Virus record (IMG/VR): IMGVR_UViG_3300022924_000206 | Strand: one strand, 5' to 3' | DNA from: an uncultured virus (IMG/VR IMGVR_UViG_3300022924_000206) | Taxonomy: Duplodnaviria > Heunggongvirae > Uroviricota > Caudoviricetes | DNA: 64,000 bases | Made by a program: the position numbers and the translations under genes | Shown: positions 27,225 through 37,535 of the stretch, one piece after another | Layout of the letters: the number at the start of each line of letters is the position of its first letter | Numbering within the stretch: position 1 is the stretch's first letter | Notes under the pieces: model-generated | Databases searched by the model: none | The model's input: only the letters and a program-made list of their open reading frames with translations | What the model was told of the DNA's origin: nothing

Positions 27225-27911
27225 TTAGAAAAGCTTTCCCTGTTCAGTTAGCTCAATAGTTTTTAGGGCGTTGGCAACTAACTCGGAAAGATTCACCGGT
27301 CTTACTCCGGTCTTTTCGTTTTCCCATTTCTTATTGGCGAAAGCGTCATCATCACAGTGGCCGCTATGATGTTTAGCCTTATTGCAGAAGGCATCGGCAC
27401 ACTTCTCCTCTATCCAAGTATAGGATTCATAGCCTCCCTTGATGGGACCTTGAGTTTTGTCAATGAGTGGGACAACGGCTTCCAGAACCTTTAGGGCTCC
27501 GTAGGCCCCGAGCTCCCGGTCAGAGTACTTACTGACTTTCGTGTGAGTCAAAGCTTCGGTGAGCTTTTCAAAAAGGTTCGGTTCCGGGGTCTTTTTCATT
27601 ATTTTCTCAACGAATGAAGGCTCCGCAAAGTGATCTAAATACTCAACGCTTCTACGATAGATGGTGGTGCCGTCGGAGAGTAGAAGACTGTCTCTATCAA
27701 TGTTCTCGGTGACTTCAAGAGTCACCTTCTCTTTTTTACCGTTGCCATAGCGGACGAACGCCACTAAATCCCCGGGCTTTGCCTCGCGGAAGATCTTAGC
27801 ACTACAGTGATCAGAGCACGGGCTCAATTGAGAGCAGCACAGATTACAGTGGATTCCTCCGTTGAGTGAACCGGAACGGTCCGAACAAGAATTACATTGG
27901 TAATCAGGCAT
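27225..27911 (-). CDS. Cys-rich hypothetical protein
   Basis: N-terminal CxxC clusters and C-terminal C..C..H.GH. Confidence 0.7.
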   Translation of the reverse strand: MPDYQCNSCSDRSGSLNGGIHCNLCCSQLSPCSDHCSAKIFREAKPGDLVAFVRYGNGKKEKVTLEVTENIDRDSLLLSDGTTIYRRSVEYLDHFAEPSFVEKIMKKTPEPNLFEKLTEALTHTKVSKYSDRELGAYGALKVLEAVVPLIDKTQGPIKGGYESYTWIEEKCADAFCNKAKHHSGHCDDDAFANKKWENEKTGVRPVNLSELVANALKTIELTEQGKLF

Positions 27912-28119
27912 AAATAACCCCTCACTCTCACAGTTGTTATACCACTGTTTCCATGGCGGATGATGGGGAGAAAATCAAACTCTGAGACTATGGCCGCTAC
28001 AACGACCTTTAACGCATCTAATGGTTGCTGTAGCGGCCATAGTCTTTTTATGTGGAGCTATTGCGAAATAGAAGAGTGCGGTGTACCATATAAATGTAGG
28101 AACAAACAAAGGAATGAAA

Positions 28120-28626
28120 ATGGCTCGCACCGACAACGTTCTCCCCATCTTCGAGAACAAGCAGCTTCGCTTCGAATTCCGTAGCTCGCGTAAGGCCCAC
28201 GAGTGGGATGAGGGTGTTCAGAAGATCTTCGCTTACCTTCTCCTCCTTCCGGTGGTCATCGTGCTCGCACTGGTTGTTAGCTTTTTCACCAACCTGATCC
28301 CCGGTGCCAACGACTTCCTCAACGAGCAGAAGTGGGCAAGCATGCTTATTCTCATTCCGCTGCTCATCGTGGCTGGGGTCATCATCTCCCCCATCGCCAA
28401 GCGCATCGAGGAGCGCAAGAGCGACTCAGTTTGGGAGGCTCGCCAGGCGGACTCTAAGCGCCTCGTGGCTGTGATCCGTGAGCACGGTTTCAGCGTCCCC
28501 AACGGCACCCTTGCGAAGGACATCTCCTACGCAACCTATACGGATCTCGAGACCGGTATCGCCTACCGTTCCGCGGCCGGTTCCGCAACCCGCGATGGTT
28601 ACTCCATGGTGCTCGTCACCGACTAA
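28120..28626 (+). CDS. Membrane protein
   Basis: Two TM helices; high GC3; AAAGGA RBS. Confidence 0.75.
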   Translation: MARTDNVLPIFENKQLRFEFRSSRKAHEWDEGVQKIFAYLLLLPVVIVLALVVSFFTNLIPGANDFLNEQKWASMLILIPLLIVAGVIISPIAKRIEERKSDSVWEARQADSKRLVAVIREHGFSVPNGTLAKDISYATYTDLETGIAYRSAAGSATRDGYSMVLVTD

Positions 28627-28686
28627 ACCCACCCATGTCGTAGGTTTGATGTATAATGGACTCACGACGATTCGGAGGCAATTCAT

Positions 28687-29124
28687 ATGGATAAGAGAGA
28701 TTTTTATCCCTCTTCCCCGGTGAAGGCGGACGAATTCCTTTATGATGACGAGCTTCCGTTCACGGCCTTCGGTCAATTCGGTGAGGGCTCCATGGATGCT
28801 CGAGTTTTCGAGCAGGATGTGTGGTGGATTGACATCCACGGTCAGGAACATCTTCTCAATGAGATGTCCACCGAATATCTCAACAATGTGCTGAAGCATC
28901 TTTTTAGCAATCTACAGTATTTCCATTTTCACAGCGGACTACGCTACACCATCGAGAATGCTTTATCTCATGCACAGTTCCTTCCGCTTCCTGAAAATCC
29001 TGACGGATTCAAGGAGTACGTGGAGAACAAAGCTAATCCCTTGACCCTGGCTGAAGCAACCTGGTTGAACGGAACCCCACTAGTGAAGCGAATCTACGCT
29101 ATTCTGGATACTCGATCCGACTGA
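28687..29124 (+). CDS. Hypothetical protein
   Basis: GGAGG RBS; VFEQDVWWID..G...EMSTEY..N. Confidence 0.75.
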   Translation: MDKRDFYPSSPVKADEFLYDDELPFTAFGQFGEGSMDARVFEQDVWWIDIHGQEHLLNEMSTEYLNNVLKHLFSNLQYFHFHSGLRYTIENALSHAQFLPLPENPDGFKEYVENKANPLTLAEATWLNGTPLVKRIYAILDTRSD

Positions 29125-29126
29125 TT

Positions 29127-29176
29127 TTCTCTACTAAAAAGCCGCCCAAATAATCGGGCGGCTTTTTAGTAGAGAA
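29127..29176. terminator. Bidirectional terminator
   Basis: TTCTCTACTAAAAAGCCGCCC / GGGCGGCTTTTTAGTAGAGAA. Confidence 0.85.
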
Positions 29177-29178
29177 GT

Positions 29179-29562
29179 TTAGCGAGCTTCTCCAGGAACG
29201 CAGGCGATGGCTCCGCTTTTACCACCGAGTGCGTAATCGAGGCAAACAAAACCGGCATCCTTTGAATCGGTCACATAGACCACATCAAAGCTTTCGGAAG
29301 CAGCCGTGAACTTCTTCGGAGTTGCTGTGATGAGCTCACAGGTGAAAGAACCTCGCTTGCCGCCGAGCCCGTACTCGAAGCACTCTACGAAACGTTTATC
29401 CGGGAGCTGGTAATAGGTTTCCTCAAGACCGTAATCCTCAACAGAAATGGGCTCGTTCACCGAATCACCAGAGGTATCCGTGGCGTAATCTCCGGCGGCA
29501 CAACCGGTCAATCCGATACCTAGGAGAGCTGCGAAAACAGCTCCTACGACAATTTTCTTCAT
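29179..29562 (-). CDS. Lipoprotein (paralog family)
   Basis: LTGC lipobox; YQLPDKRFVECF. Confidence 0.8.
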   Translation of the reverse strand: MKKIVVGAVFAALLGIGLTGCAAGDYATDTSGDSVNEPISVEDYGLEETYYQLPDKRFVECFEYGLGGKRGSFTCELITATPKKFTAASESFDVVYVTDSKDAGFVCLDYALGGKSGAIACVPGEAR

Positions 29563-29571
29563 TTTATTTCC

Positions 29572-29940
29572 TTATCTGGCTTCTGCTGGTACGCAAGAGA
29601 TCACGGAGTATTTAGTCTCGAAATAGTCCTCAAGACAAACGTAAGCCTCATTCCGTGCGGAGGTGAGGTAACGCACATTGAAAGTCTCGGTGGCCTGGGT
29701 GTACTCACCGAGTGGGGTTGTTACAAGTTCGCAGCTCATCGTGGCATACTGTGTTTCAAGATATGAAGTGAAGCACTCTACAAAGCGCTTATCCGGAAGC
29801 TGGTAGTTTACGGTCTCGAGACCGTACTCCTCCATGGAAATCGCCTCCTGAGGAGTGCTAGCAACCGTTGAGGCAGAACAACCACTCAGAGCCATGAGCC
29901 CCGCGGAAATGATTACTGCCGTTGCGAGAAATTTTTTCAT
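29572..29940 (-). CDS. Lipoprotein (tandem paralog)
   Basis: LSGC lipobox; YQLPDKRFVECF. Confidence 0.8.
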   Translation of the reverse strand: MKKFLATAVIISAGLMALSGCSASTVASTPQEAISMEEYGLETVNYQLPDKRFVECFTSYLETQYATMSCELVTTPLGEYTQATETFNVRYLTSARNEAYVCLEDYFETKYSVISCVPAEAR

Positions 29941-29943
29941 GGT

Positions 29944-30249
29944 TTAGGCCACCAAATCCTCGAGAGCGATGGACTTGAGCTCAACCTCACCGAGGTTGAA
30001 GAGCACGGCAACACAGCCACGGCACCAGTGCCAGGACTCGTGCTGACGAGACCAGGAATCTGTCACGAGCTCACGAGTAACCTCCCGCACGCTCGAGGCC
30101 GGAAGACAGTTGTCGTAACCACAGATGGCCACGCGACCCTCGACCCCGTGCTCCGCGGTGGAGATGAAGTGGAAAGCTGAGCCGTAGAAGGAACGCGCCT
30201 CGATGAGAGCCGGGGTTACTGTCTTCTTTCGACCAATTCCGAAAACCAT
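29944..30249 (-). CDS. Putative Zn-binding protein
   Basis: H...AICG...WCRGC; AAGGAG RBS. Confidence 0.7.
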   Translation of the reverse strand: MVFGIGRKKTVTPALIEARSFYGSAFHFISTAEHGVEGRVAICGYDNCLPASSVREVTRELVTDSWSRQHESWHWCRGCVAVLFNLGEVELKSIALEDLVA

Positions 30250-30314
30250 TAGTACTCCTTATAGGTGGAAACATTCAATGCTAACACGGAAACACCCGCT
30301 AAGGCAATAGGACC

Positions 30315-30869
30315 CTAGGCTCGCTTAGTTAGCTCTTCGATCTTCAACTGGAGCAAACGAACTACTTCATTGTGACCATCCTGAAAGGCCCAGGCCTCAA
30401 CATCGTCCGTATCAATGGTGCTGTCATCTACCAAGCTTGCGATGAACTCCTCGAGTTCTCCGAGGAGCGGGCGTTCGACATTTTCAAAAGAATCTTTAAG
30501 CTGAGCAAGCTCTTTTTTCAAGCTAAGTCTTTCAGCTTCAGCATATTTGGCGTCCCTATGGAGATGGAGAGTTTCCTCTTCGAACTCACGACGGAGTCTC
30601 TCTGTCACTTTTTCTTCGAGAGCCATTTCAGCTTTATGGCGTATTCTTTCTGCCTCTTCGGCGGCTAGCTCTTCAGCGGATTTTTGCTTCGGAGCCGGCT
30701 TATAAGAATAATCATCTAGCTCATGTCTGTAAGGCTCATATTTGTCATCGTAAGGGGAATTGTAGCCCTTATACGGGGAATCGTAACGCTCGAACTTATC
30801 GTTTCTATCTCTGTAACGATCCTTAGGATAGTAATCCTTATCGTAATTGTCCGAATAGCGCTTGTCCAT
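30315..30869 (-). CDS. Coiled-coil protein, AWAFQDG family
   Basis: Tyr/Asp-rich N-terminus; DTDDVEAWAFQDGHNEV C-terminus. Confidence 0.75.
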   Translation of the reverse strand: MDKRYSDNYDKDYYPKDRYRDRNDKFERYDSPYKGYNSPYDDKYEPYRHELDDYSYKPAPKQKSAEELAAEEAERIRHKAEMALEEKVTERLRREFEEETLHLHRDAKYAEAERLSLKKELAQLKDSFENVERPLLGELEEFIASLVDDSTIDTDDVEAWAFQDGHNEVVRLLQLKIEELTKRA

Positions 30870-31315
30870 TATTTGCCCTTAGCCTCTGCGGCGAGCTCCT
30901 CTAGTTTCAACATGATAAGACGAATGACCTCATTGTGGCCATCTTGGAACGCCCATGCCTCCACGTCATCCGTATCCACGCCGCTCGTGTCTAGAATTTC
31001 ACCAAGGAAGTATGAGAGGTTAGCGATGAAAGGAGCCACGTTGGTTTCGAAGCCCTCTTCAAGTTTCTCTTGAAGCTCTTCGATCTTACTCTCTAGACGA
31101 TCAATTTCTCTCTTGTTCTCGTCGTCTTCGTCGTTCCAGGCCTCCTCGCGACCAGCATCTTTCGCATCTTGGACCATGTTGTCTAGATAAATATCCAGGT
31201 CCTCTTGAGCTCCCTCGACGAGAACACTCTTGGAGTGTGCGGAGTTAGCTAATTCAAACAGGTAGCCGTTGGTGTATCTCTCGTAGAGATCGTACTCGGT
31301 GAAAGGGCCCATCAC
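30869..31315 (-). CDS. Coiled-coil protein, AWAFQDG family
   Basis: Same C-terminal motif. Confidence 0.75.
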   Translation of the reverse strand: MMGPFTEYDLYERYTNGYLFELANSAHSKSVLVEGAQEDLDIYLDNMVQDAKDAGREEAWNDEDDENKREIDRLESKIEELQEKLEEGFETNVAPFIANLSYFLGEILDTSGVDTDDVEAWAFQDGHNEVIRLIMLKLEELAAEAKGK

Positions 31316-32394
31316 TCTTCATCCCATCTATGCTTACGCACCTGAAGGATGGTCTCGGTTAGAGCATTGAGCTCTCGAGAGGCGTCATCGTTACCGAACT
31401 GCTCTCCGTTATATGAAGGCTGAATCGGACGATTTAGGCTCGTCATAACGTTGACGAGCTTAGCGATCTCCAGGTACTCATCACTTTTACCGTAAGGCTT
31501 CAGGTGAAGTATCATATTCGGGTCATAAAAGACCCCCTGTGAGAAACTACGGAGATGTTCAAGCCCCTCGTGGATAGAACCGGGAGGCTTCGGTTTACCG
31601 TCGAACATCTCTGAGAGGACCTTCTTCTGTTCAGCTAGTCCGGAGAGTGTCCACTCATCCGAGTTGAGGGAATCGTTCAAGCCCTTGTAAATTTCTTCGA
31701 GGAAAAACATTCCGCTCAGGCTGGAGAGGATCTTCACCGGACCCCAGAACTCCTCCGCATAGCCGGGGAGAGTGTCAGTTAGCTTGGCGAAGGAGGTGAG
31801 CAGGTTCTCAAAACCGGCAGAGACCACCTCATTCTTCAGGAGGACCTTTCCGTCTGAAATACGGTCGATGGACCAGTAGGAGAGACGGGCATTGAGGTTG
31901 TTATCCTTATTCGCATCCTGACGCTGCACTCGGAAATCACGGTAGACGTAGGCTTCCAGGTAGCCGTCGAGGGGCTCCGCGGTGCTGAAGCCGAGGGCGA
32001 GGAAAGTGTCTGAATTAGGGGCGCCCCACCTGTCGATCTTTTCGAGAGTTTCGGCCTCCATGTAGAGCGGGCAAATCTCTCCATAGTTGCCGTAGAGGCC
32101 TCGACCGTCTGCTGCAGCGTTCACCACGGCGAGGGCAGGCTTCAAGAAAATTGCTTCGATGACCTCGGTGGTGGCGGAGGGCTCGAGCTTGTCAAGACGG
32201 CCGTAGTCGTCATAGGTGCCGTAAACCGGCGGAAGAAATGGGGTGAAGAAATCGGTGGCGTAGATCTGCATTTTTCGCGGCGCCGCGGGGTTTGAACGGT
32301 ATCCCTTAGTCGGGGTCAGAAGAACAAAACCGGCACGATCACCCTCGTGGATACTGAGATTACTGATCCCACATCCTACGTTAAAACTGCCCAT
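31312..32394 (-). CDS. Hypothetical phage protein
   Basis: MGSFNVGCGISNLSIHEGD...PVYGTYDDYGR; 360 aa. Confidence 0.8.
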   Translation of the reverse strand: MGSFNVGCGISNLSIHEGDRAGFVLLTPTKGYRSNPAAPRKMQIYATDFFTPFLPPVYGTYDDYGRLDKLEPSATTEVIEAIFLKPALAVVNAAADGRGLYGNYGEICPLYMEAETLEKIDRWGAPNSDTFLALGFSTAEPLDGYLEAYVYRDFRVQRQDANKDNNLNARLSYWSIDRISDGKVLLKNEVVSAGFENLLTSFAKLTDTLPGYAEEFWGPVKILSSLSGMFFLEEIYKGLNDSLNSDEWTLSGLAEQKKVLSEMFDGKPKPPGSIHEGLEHLRSFSQGVFYDPNMILHLKPYGKSDEYLEIAKLVNVMTSLNRPIQPSYNGEQFGNDDASRELNALTETILQVRKHRWDEE

Positions 32395-32510
32395 GATTCC
32401 TCTTTCTTGACCTAGCTAAAAGTATTATTTCCATACTACACGTTTTTTAGGATAAACACAATAGTTCAAACGATAGTTATATGATCCAACCCTTCAGGAA
32501 AGCCCAGCGG

Positions 32511-32879
32511 ATGAAAATCATCAATGAGCAAAACACTCGCTTGAGTGATTCCATCGACGTGCCTATTCGCTTAGTTGAGGGTTACCATAGCGGGGAGCTC
32601 TCCGGTGGTGGGCAAGTCATCGTGATTGTGGGGGATAAACTTCATGTCTACGATGATTCCTCTTCACTTAAACCTGTGGAGACCAAAAGGTCAGTAACCA
32701 TAAGAAGCTTCTCGGGAGTTAAAGAACTCTCCACCGAAAGAATTGTTCTAGGTAAGAGAGGAATCACCTGGTACAAGCGTTTGCAAATAAATCGCAGTGT
32801 GAAAGCAGCATTGGTTCTGCTCGGGGCTGCTCCTAAACGCATCAAAGGACGCGCTAAACCAAAGAGCTGGCTGATTTAA
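32511..32879 (+). CDS. Hypothetical protein
   Basis: ORF with AGGA RBS. Confidence 0.6.
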   Translation: MKIINEQNTRLSDSIDVPIRLVEGYHSGELSGGGQVIVIVGDKLHVYDDSSSLKPVETKRSVTIRSFSGVKELSTERIVLGKRGITWYKRLQINRSVKAALVLLGAAPKRIKGRAKPKSWLI

Positions 32880-33289
32880 AAGAATAGCCAGAGAAGACGT
32901 TCGCTTCTCATTAGCTTCTGAAAGCCTTCATCGTGGTAAAGCGGCCCGGGTTCTCGGGTTCCGTCTTCACGGACAGTGTTCCCCCAGCAGTCGTAGGTGA
33001 AATCACTGGAAAATGTTGTCGGAATCATGGGATTAGAGATCCCACAATATTCCCGAAGTTCCTCCACCGTAATTCGGGTAGCCTCCGCCTGGTAGTGATG
33101 AGCGGAACAGAGCTGTGCCCCGTTGGAGAGATAGTATCCTCCAGCTTCATCATCGGTGAATAGGCGGCGGTTGAGAATATGGTGAGCATCAACCGCCGCC
33201 AAACCACAAGCGGGAACTGCACAGAGACCTTTATTTCGAGCTAATGTGTTCTCTCGAAATTGGGTCCTTGTCAGCAGTTTCTCGCCCAT
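32876..33289 (-). CDS. HNH endonuclease
   Basis: C..C..DAHHI..R....GGY..SNG..LC..HH. Confidence 0.85.
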   Translation of the reverse strand: MGEKLLTRTQFRENTLARNKGLCAVPACGLAAVDAHHILNRRLFTDDEAGGYYLSNGAQLCSAHHYQAEATRITVEELREYCGISNPMIPTTFSSDFTYDCWGNTVREDGTREPGPLYHDEGFQKLMRSERLLWLFF

Positions 33290-33295
33290 GAGTTA

Positions 33296-33781
33296 TCAGG
33301 CCTCTTCGGCGATTTCGATGGAGTAGCCCTCGTACTCGTAATCCTCTCGAAGCTGCAGTAGCCCAATTGCCAGATAGTCGGTGCGGCCGCGAGGACTGGT
33401 CACCTGTACTGAGGCAGGATCATCTGCCGCTAACAGGATAGAAATTCCCTCTGCGAACTCCTTCTCGAGGGCATACTCGCGCTTTACTCGACCAATGATT
33501 CGAGCGTAGCTCTCGCGAGATGAAATAACGCTCTCTCGAAGAGCCTCCGGAAGCTCGGCGATCTGCTCATCCGTGAGCTCCAGAAAAGCTCGATCAATGG
33601 TCTTAGAGCGGCTTTCAATAGCCTGAGCTTCTTCGGCCTCGATGTCTGCTAGAGTAGAGAACCAGCCTTCCTCAGCACGCTCCTTAAGAAGCTTCGCAGC
33701 AACTCGAGCATGAGCGGCACGATCTTCAATAACAAAGTAACGGCGACCGTGCTTCTCCTTCGCAATAAGGATGTCAGTCAT
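33296..33781 (-). CDS. Hypothetical protein
   Basis: EKHG...R.DYEYEG; AGGAG RBS. Confidence 0.75.
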   Translation of the reverse strand: MTDILIAKEKHGRRYFVIEDRAAHARVAAKLLKERAEEGWFSTLADIEAEEAQAIESRSKTIDRAFLELTDEQIAELPEALRESVISSRESYARIIGRVKREYALEKEFAEGISILLAADDPASVQVTSPRGRTDYLAIGLLQLREDYEYEGYSIEIAEEA

Positions 33782-33887
33782 TTCTCTCCTTTTGAAAGTT
33801 TTATTACGACTATTCTATTGAGAAATTGCAAAAAAGTCAATAGATATAGTCATTGACTTTAGTTTGTTTTAGTGTTAGCGTTTATCT

Positions 33888-34292
33888 ATGACGAACTTCG
33901 AATATGACAACCTGCCCGAGACTGACCTGGCCGTACTTCCGGACTCCATGCAGCCGGCGGCAGTTAACTTCGTTCTGCGTAAGCTCAGTGAGCTCACCCC
34001 GATTGCTCTACAGGTGAGCGGTGCCCATGTGTATGATCGCAAGGGCTATCTCTCCACGGATCCCCTCGGCGGACCTCGGAACAAGTCCTACGGGAGTGAC
34101 AACGATGACGTGGTCCTTTCCGTCACGCTTCGCATCAGCGCTAAGGATGCCGAGAACATGATTAAGACCACTCGGCGCCATTACGAAGAGAAGGTACAGG
34201 CTGAAAAGAAGGCTGAGGCCGAGGCGCTGGATGCCACCATCGCTGAGCTCACCTTGAAGCGCGAGGGTATTCGGAGCGAGTTCGATGTCTAA
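33888..34292 (+). CDS. Hypothetical protein (leaderless)
   Basis: TTGACT-N17-TAGCGT-N6-ATG. Confidence 0.75.
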   Translation: MTNFEYDNLPETDLAVLPDSMQPAAVNFVLRKLSELTPIALQVSGAHVYDRKGYLSTDPLGGPRNKSYGSDNDDVVLSVTLRISAKDAENMIKTTRRHYEEKVQAEKKAEAEALDATIAELTLKREGIRSEFDV

Positions 34293-34602
34293 GGGAATCT
34301 TCAATCCTTATCCTGACGTACTCACCGCTCTCGATGTGGCTCTCGCCCTAGAGGCCGGACGCACTCTTCGCTGGAAGGCTGAGGATGAGCGGGAGGCTAT
34401 CCTCGAGTACATCGCCACCAATCGCTACTGGGTAGAGAAGTTTCTTTCACCTTCCTGGGTAGAGCTCAATTCGCTCTACGAGCCCGCGGTGGTGTGGAAC
34501 CGCGAGGTGGCAGACCAGTCCCGTAAGCTTCTCGCGGCTTTTGATCTGAAAGCCACGGTTATGCTCCAGGTGATCTGGGTCAAGATCCTAACTAAGAGCT
34601 AA
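34285..34602 (+). CDS. Hypothetical protein
   Basis: 105-aa coupled ORF. Confidence 0.7.
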   Translation: MSKGIFNPYPDVLTALDVALALEAGRTLRWKAEDEREAILEYIATNRYWVEKFLSPSWVELNSLYEPAVVWNREVADQSRKLLAAFDLKATVMLQVIWVKILTKS

Positions 34603-34607
34603 AGAAC

Positions 34608-34652
34608 AAGCTAAAAAGGGACGAACCTAATCGGTTCGTCCCTTTTTAGCTT
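34608..34652. terminator. Bidirectional terminator
   Basis: AAGCTAAAAAGGGACGAACC / GGTTCGTCCCTTTTTAGCTT. Confidence 0.85.
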
Positions 34653-35204
34653 TCAAACAAAGTTAGGATCAGCTAATTTTTTAGCACAGGCTGCACATGA
34701 ATCTCTAGACTCACTAAGAGCTTGGCTTGGCGAAGTCGGATTCTGATGCCCACCTACGATCATGGATGAGCTGCCGCCGCCTTTACCGGCTTTACCGCAG
34801 ATGGAACGGTTATAGATGATGAGCTTTCCTGGGCCCATGCTCTGACGCCAACGTGGATTGTCTCTCATCACATGAGTTACATAGCCTTGACGCGGGCGAG
34901 CTGCGACGAAACCTTCTTTACCGGTTGCCTCATCTTTGATGACAGCTTTTACCGGCGCCGGAACCCAGTCTTTATAGCTTGGGTAGGTGCTGGCTACAAA
35001 ACCATTTTCGTCAATGTCTCCGGTGACGGCTACACCGTAGGACTGAGGTGCCGAAAAAACGGGAGTCTCTTGTGAAGCTTCGTAACCTTCTCGAGCTGCA
35101 TCCTCCGAATCGTAATGAGTTGCTGTTTCACCGTAGCGACATTGCTTGATAGCAGTACAGACTCCGGGATTCCCCGTTTCCGGATTAATGTGGTATTTTG
35201 GCAT
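34653..35204 (-). CDS. Protein with the shared N-terminal module and a C-terminal Zn motif
   Basis: MPKYHINPETGNPGVCTAIKQCRYG..HY; H..ICG...CAAC. Confidence 0.8.
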   Translation of the reverse strand: MPKYHINPETGNPGVCTAIKQCRYGETATHYDSEDAAREGYEASQETPVFSAPQSYGVAVTGDIDENGFVASTYPSYKDWVPAPVKAVIKDEATGKEGFVAARPRQGYVTHVMRDNPRWRQSMGPGKLIIYNRSICGKAGKGGGSSSMIVGGHQNPTSPSQALSESRDSCAACAKKLADPNFV

Positions 35205-35287
35205 GAGATTCCTTTGTTTAGCTTGTTATTCTTTTCTAAAACGCCATTTTTGTCAGTCCCGATATTTCATTCGGTCGCAGGAGACCC

Positions 35288-35926
35288 ATGGATACCTTTG
35301 AAATACGAAAATCAAACGAAAATGATTTTGATTCAATCAAAAATTTAAATGACAATGCTTTTCCCGCCGGATCTCTAATATTTGAGGCCGGCGCCGTGAG
35401 TGAGCTTCAAGCAGGAATCCAAACGGGAAGAACTTTTGTTCTTGAAAGTTCAGGGTCTATTTTTGGTTTCTACCAGTACGATGTCTTTGGTGACTCTCAT
35501 ATAGAATTCGTATCAATCATTGTCCATGAGAGTTTTCGCTCCGACGAAACTCATAAGGGTAAAGGCTATGGACAAGCATTACTCTCTCATTTCCTACTTG
35601 AAGCCGAAAAAGAAAAAGAAAAACTTAATGGCTCTCTCACTATTTCGGTGGTAACCAGCATGGACAATGTACGAATGTTATCCTTGCTTATCAAAAATAA
35701 CTTCTCACCTTTGAGAGTGATCCCTAATTACTTTGGTCCAGGTAAGGATAGAGTTTATTGCGAATATGGGATTAGTGCGGAAACTGTCCTAATAGAAAAA
35801 GATCTCTTTGTCCCGGTGACAGCAAAAGAATACATCGCTTCTCTTCTAAACGGAGAACGATATATTTCAAAAGTCATTAATGGCGCTCAAGGAGCGTTTT
35901 TCGAGATCAAAAGATTTGAACCATGA
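35288..35926 (+). CDS. GNAT acetyltransferase
   Basis: IIVHESFR...KGKGYGQALL, N..ML.LL..F...PNYFGPG.DR. Confidence 0.8.
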   Translation: MDTFEIRKSNENDFDSIKNLNDNAFPAGSLIFEAGAVSELQAGIQTGRTFVLESSGSIFGFYQYDVFGDSHIEFVSIIVHESFRSDETHKGKGYGQALLSHFLLEAEKEKEKLNGSLTISVVTSMDNVRMLSLLIKNNFSPLRVIPNYFGPGKDRVYCEYGISAETVLIEKDLFVPVTAKEYIASLLNGERYISKVINGAQGAFFEIKRFEP

Positions 35927-35995
35927 AGTAAAAGCAATTCCTATTAACCGGGACTCGATATAATGAGTGGCACTGTTTACCAGAAATGAGCTCTT

Positions 35996-36937
35996 TTGTC
36001 CGACGAACTACCACAGAAACCCGTCCTCTCGTTTGAGGCGAAGGTTGACAAGGATCTAAGCACTTTTAGAGTGTTTTTCTCCATCGCAACTTTCCTTCTC
36101 ACCGTGGTAGCTTTCGTGATCGGTTTTCCGGCACTCGAGGATGCCGGGAAGAAAATAGGGCTCGGTTCATTAGCCGTAGGTTTACCATTCGCAATTGATC
36201 TAGGTATGGTTACTCTACTTCTCTGGTCCATGTGGAATAGGGGGACCATGCACCGTTCATGGCCTCCGATGATTCCTGCCGTTGTTCTACTCCTACTATC
36301 CTCATGGCTTCAGTACATCCACGCCATTGAGCTAGTGGCCTCTATTGAATCTGAGATAGCTCGCACTGGACTCATAATTCTAGCTTGTTCACTTCCTCTT
36401 CTTCTCGCACTTTCAGCAGGAGTTTTTGAATCGGTGACATTTGCTCCACTCATCGACAGAGCTCGACGCAGAACCCAAATGCTCCTCGCTCAACAGAAAA
36501 TGGACGATGAGCTTTGGACTATCCAGATGGAAGAGAATCGTCGCCGTATGGAGCTCGAAGCTACATTGAAGCGTAATCGCATGGAGCTTGAGTCCAAGAC
36601 TGAGCTGAAGATCCTTGAAGCTGAAGCCGAGGCGGCTGCTCGGGCGTTGAAGAGTGGTAAAGTTATGAAACCGATAGCGGCCCCTTCCCCTCAATCTCCG
36701 CAAGTTTCCTCCCCCATGCCTGCGTTGGCATCGGCGCCGGTTATTCCTACGGCTCCTCGCCCGGTAGCGGATGATGGTGCCCTTGCGGTCGCGGTCAAAG
36801 CTGTTCTAGCTGGGGAACTCTCTCAACGGTCTGCCGCTGAAACCTACGGAGTAACACGCTCGACTCTACGTAGACGGCTTGAGGCGATTGAAAACGCAAA
36901 AGCCAACGAGGAAACGGCCGCAGCTGACACTGAGTGA
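35996..36937 (+). CDS. DUF2637-like membrane protein with coiled coil and C-terminal HTH
   Basis: Four TM segments with LPFAID; SQRSAAETYGVTRSTLRRRL. Confidence 0.75.
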   Translation: MSDELPQKPVLSFEAKVDKDLSTFRVFFSIATFLLTVVAFVIGFPALEDAGKKIGLGSLAVGLPFAIDLGMVTLLLWSMWNRGTMHRSWPPMIPAVVLLLLSSWLQYIHAIELVASIESEIARTGLIILACSLPLLLALSAGVFESVTFAPLIDRARRRTQMLLAQQKMDDELWTIQMEENRRRMELEATLKRNRMELESKTELKILEAEAEAAARALKSGKVMKPIAAPSPQSPQVSSPMPALASAPVIPTAPRPVADDGALAVAVKAVLAGELSQRSAAETYGVTRSTLRRRLEAIENAKANEETAAADTE

Positions 36938-37008
36938 CGTTCTGGACGAGCTTCTAGACCTTTGCGAACACGTCCAAGGCATGGCAAAACTAAAGCTTAG
37001 ACTCGATC

Positions 37009-37269
37009 CTAGTGTGAATCTCTGTAATTAGAGAGCACCCAATCGGCGTGAGCCAGAAGCGCAGTAATGGCTCCTGAATGGAACCCGACCTCAGCCATGT
37101 TGTCGTCGGAGAATGTCTCCATGAGAGCATCCATGTGCTTCTCTACCTCAGCATAGAGCTGATCGAATTCAGGCTGAATCGGCTCCGGGACTTTTGACGC
37201 TCTCAGGTGCTGGAAATCCCCTATGATTTGGGAAAGGCCATCGAAGTCTTCAAACCACTGGTCATCCAT
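37009..37269 (-). CDS. Hypothetical protein
   Basis: 86-aa ORF. Confidence 0.7.
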   Translation of the reverse strand: MDDQWFEDFDGLSQIIGDFQHLRASKVPEPIQPEFDQLYAEVEKHMDALMETFSDDNMAEVGFHSGAITALLAHADWVLSNYRDSH

Positions 37270-37271
37270 GG

Positions 37272-37457
37272 TTATCTCCGATTGCTGCTACTAGGCTCAC
37301 CGGTCACGGCGTCCCAGGTGTTATAGCAGCGCTCTTCGCTACAGTTGAGCTCGTCAGCGACCTCATAAGTGAGGTAAGCAGGACCCTCCGTGCGAAGTGT
37401 CACGTAAAGCCGCGCATCACAGCAAGGTGAACGTAGCGCGGTGAATCCCGAGGCCAT
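37272..37457 (-). CDS. Small Zn-ribbon-like protein
   Basis: SPCC...C....C.N.W; GGGAG RBS. Confidence 0.7.
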   Translation of the reverse strand: MASGFTALRSPCCDARLYVTLRTEGPAYLTYEVADELNCSEERCYNTWDAVTGEPSSSNRR

Positions 37458-37535
37458 GATGCTCCCTAAAGTTGAGTAGATTTTATACTACATGAAAATT
37501 ACGGCTAATTCAACTATTTTTGGTAGCATGTCTCC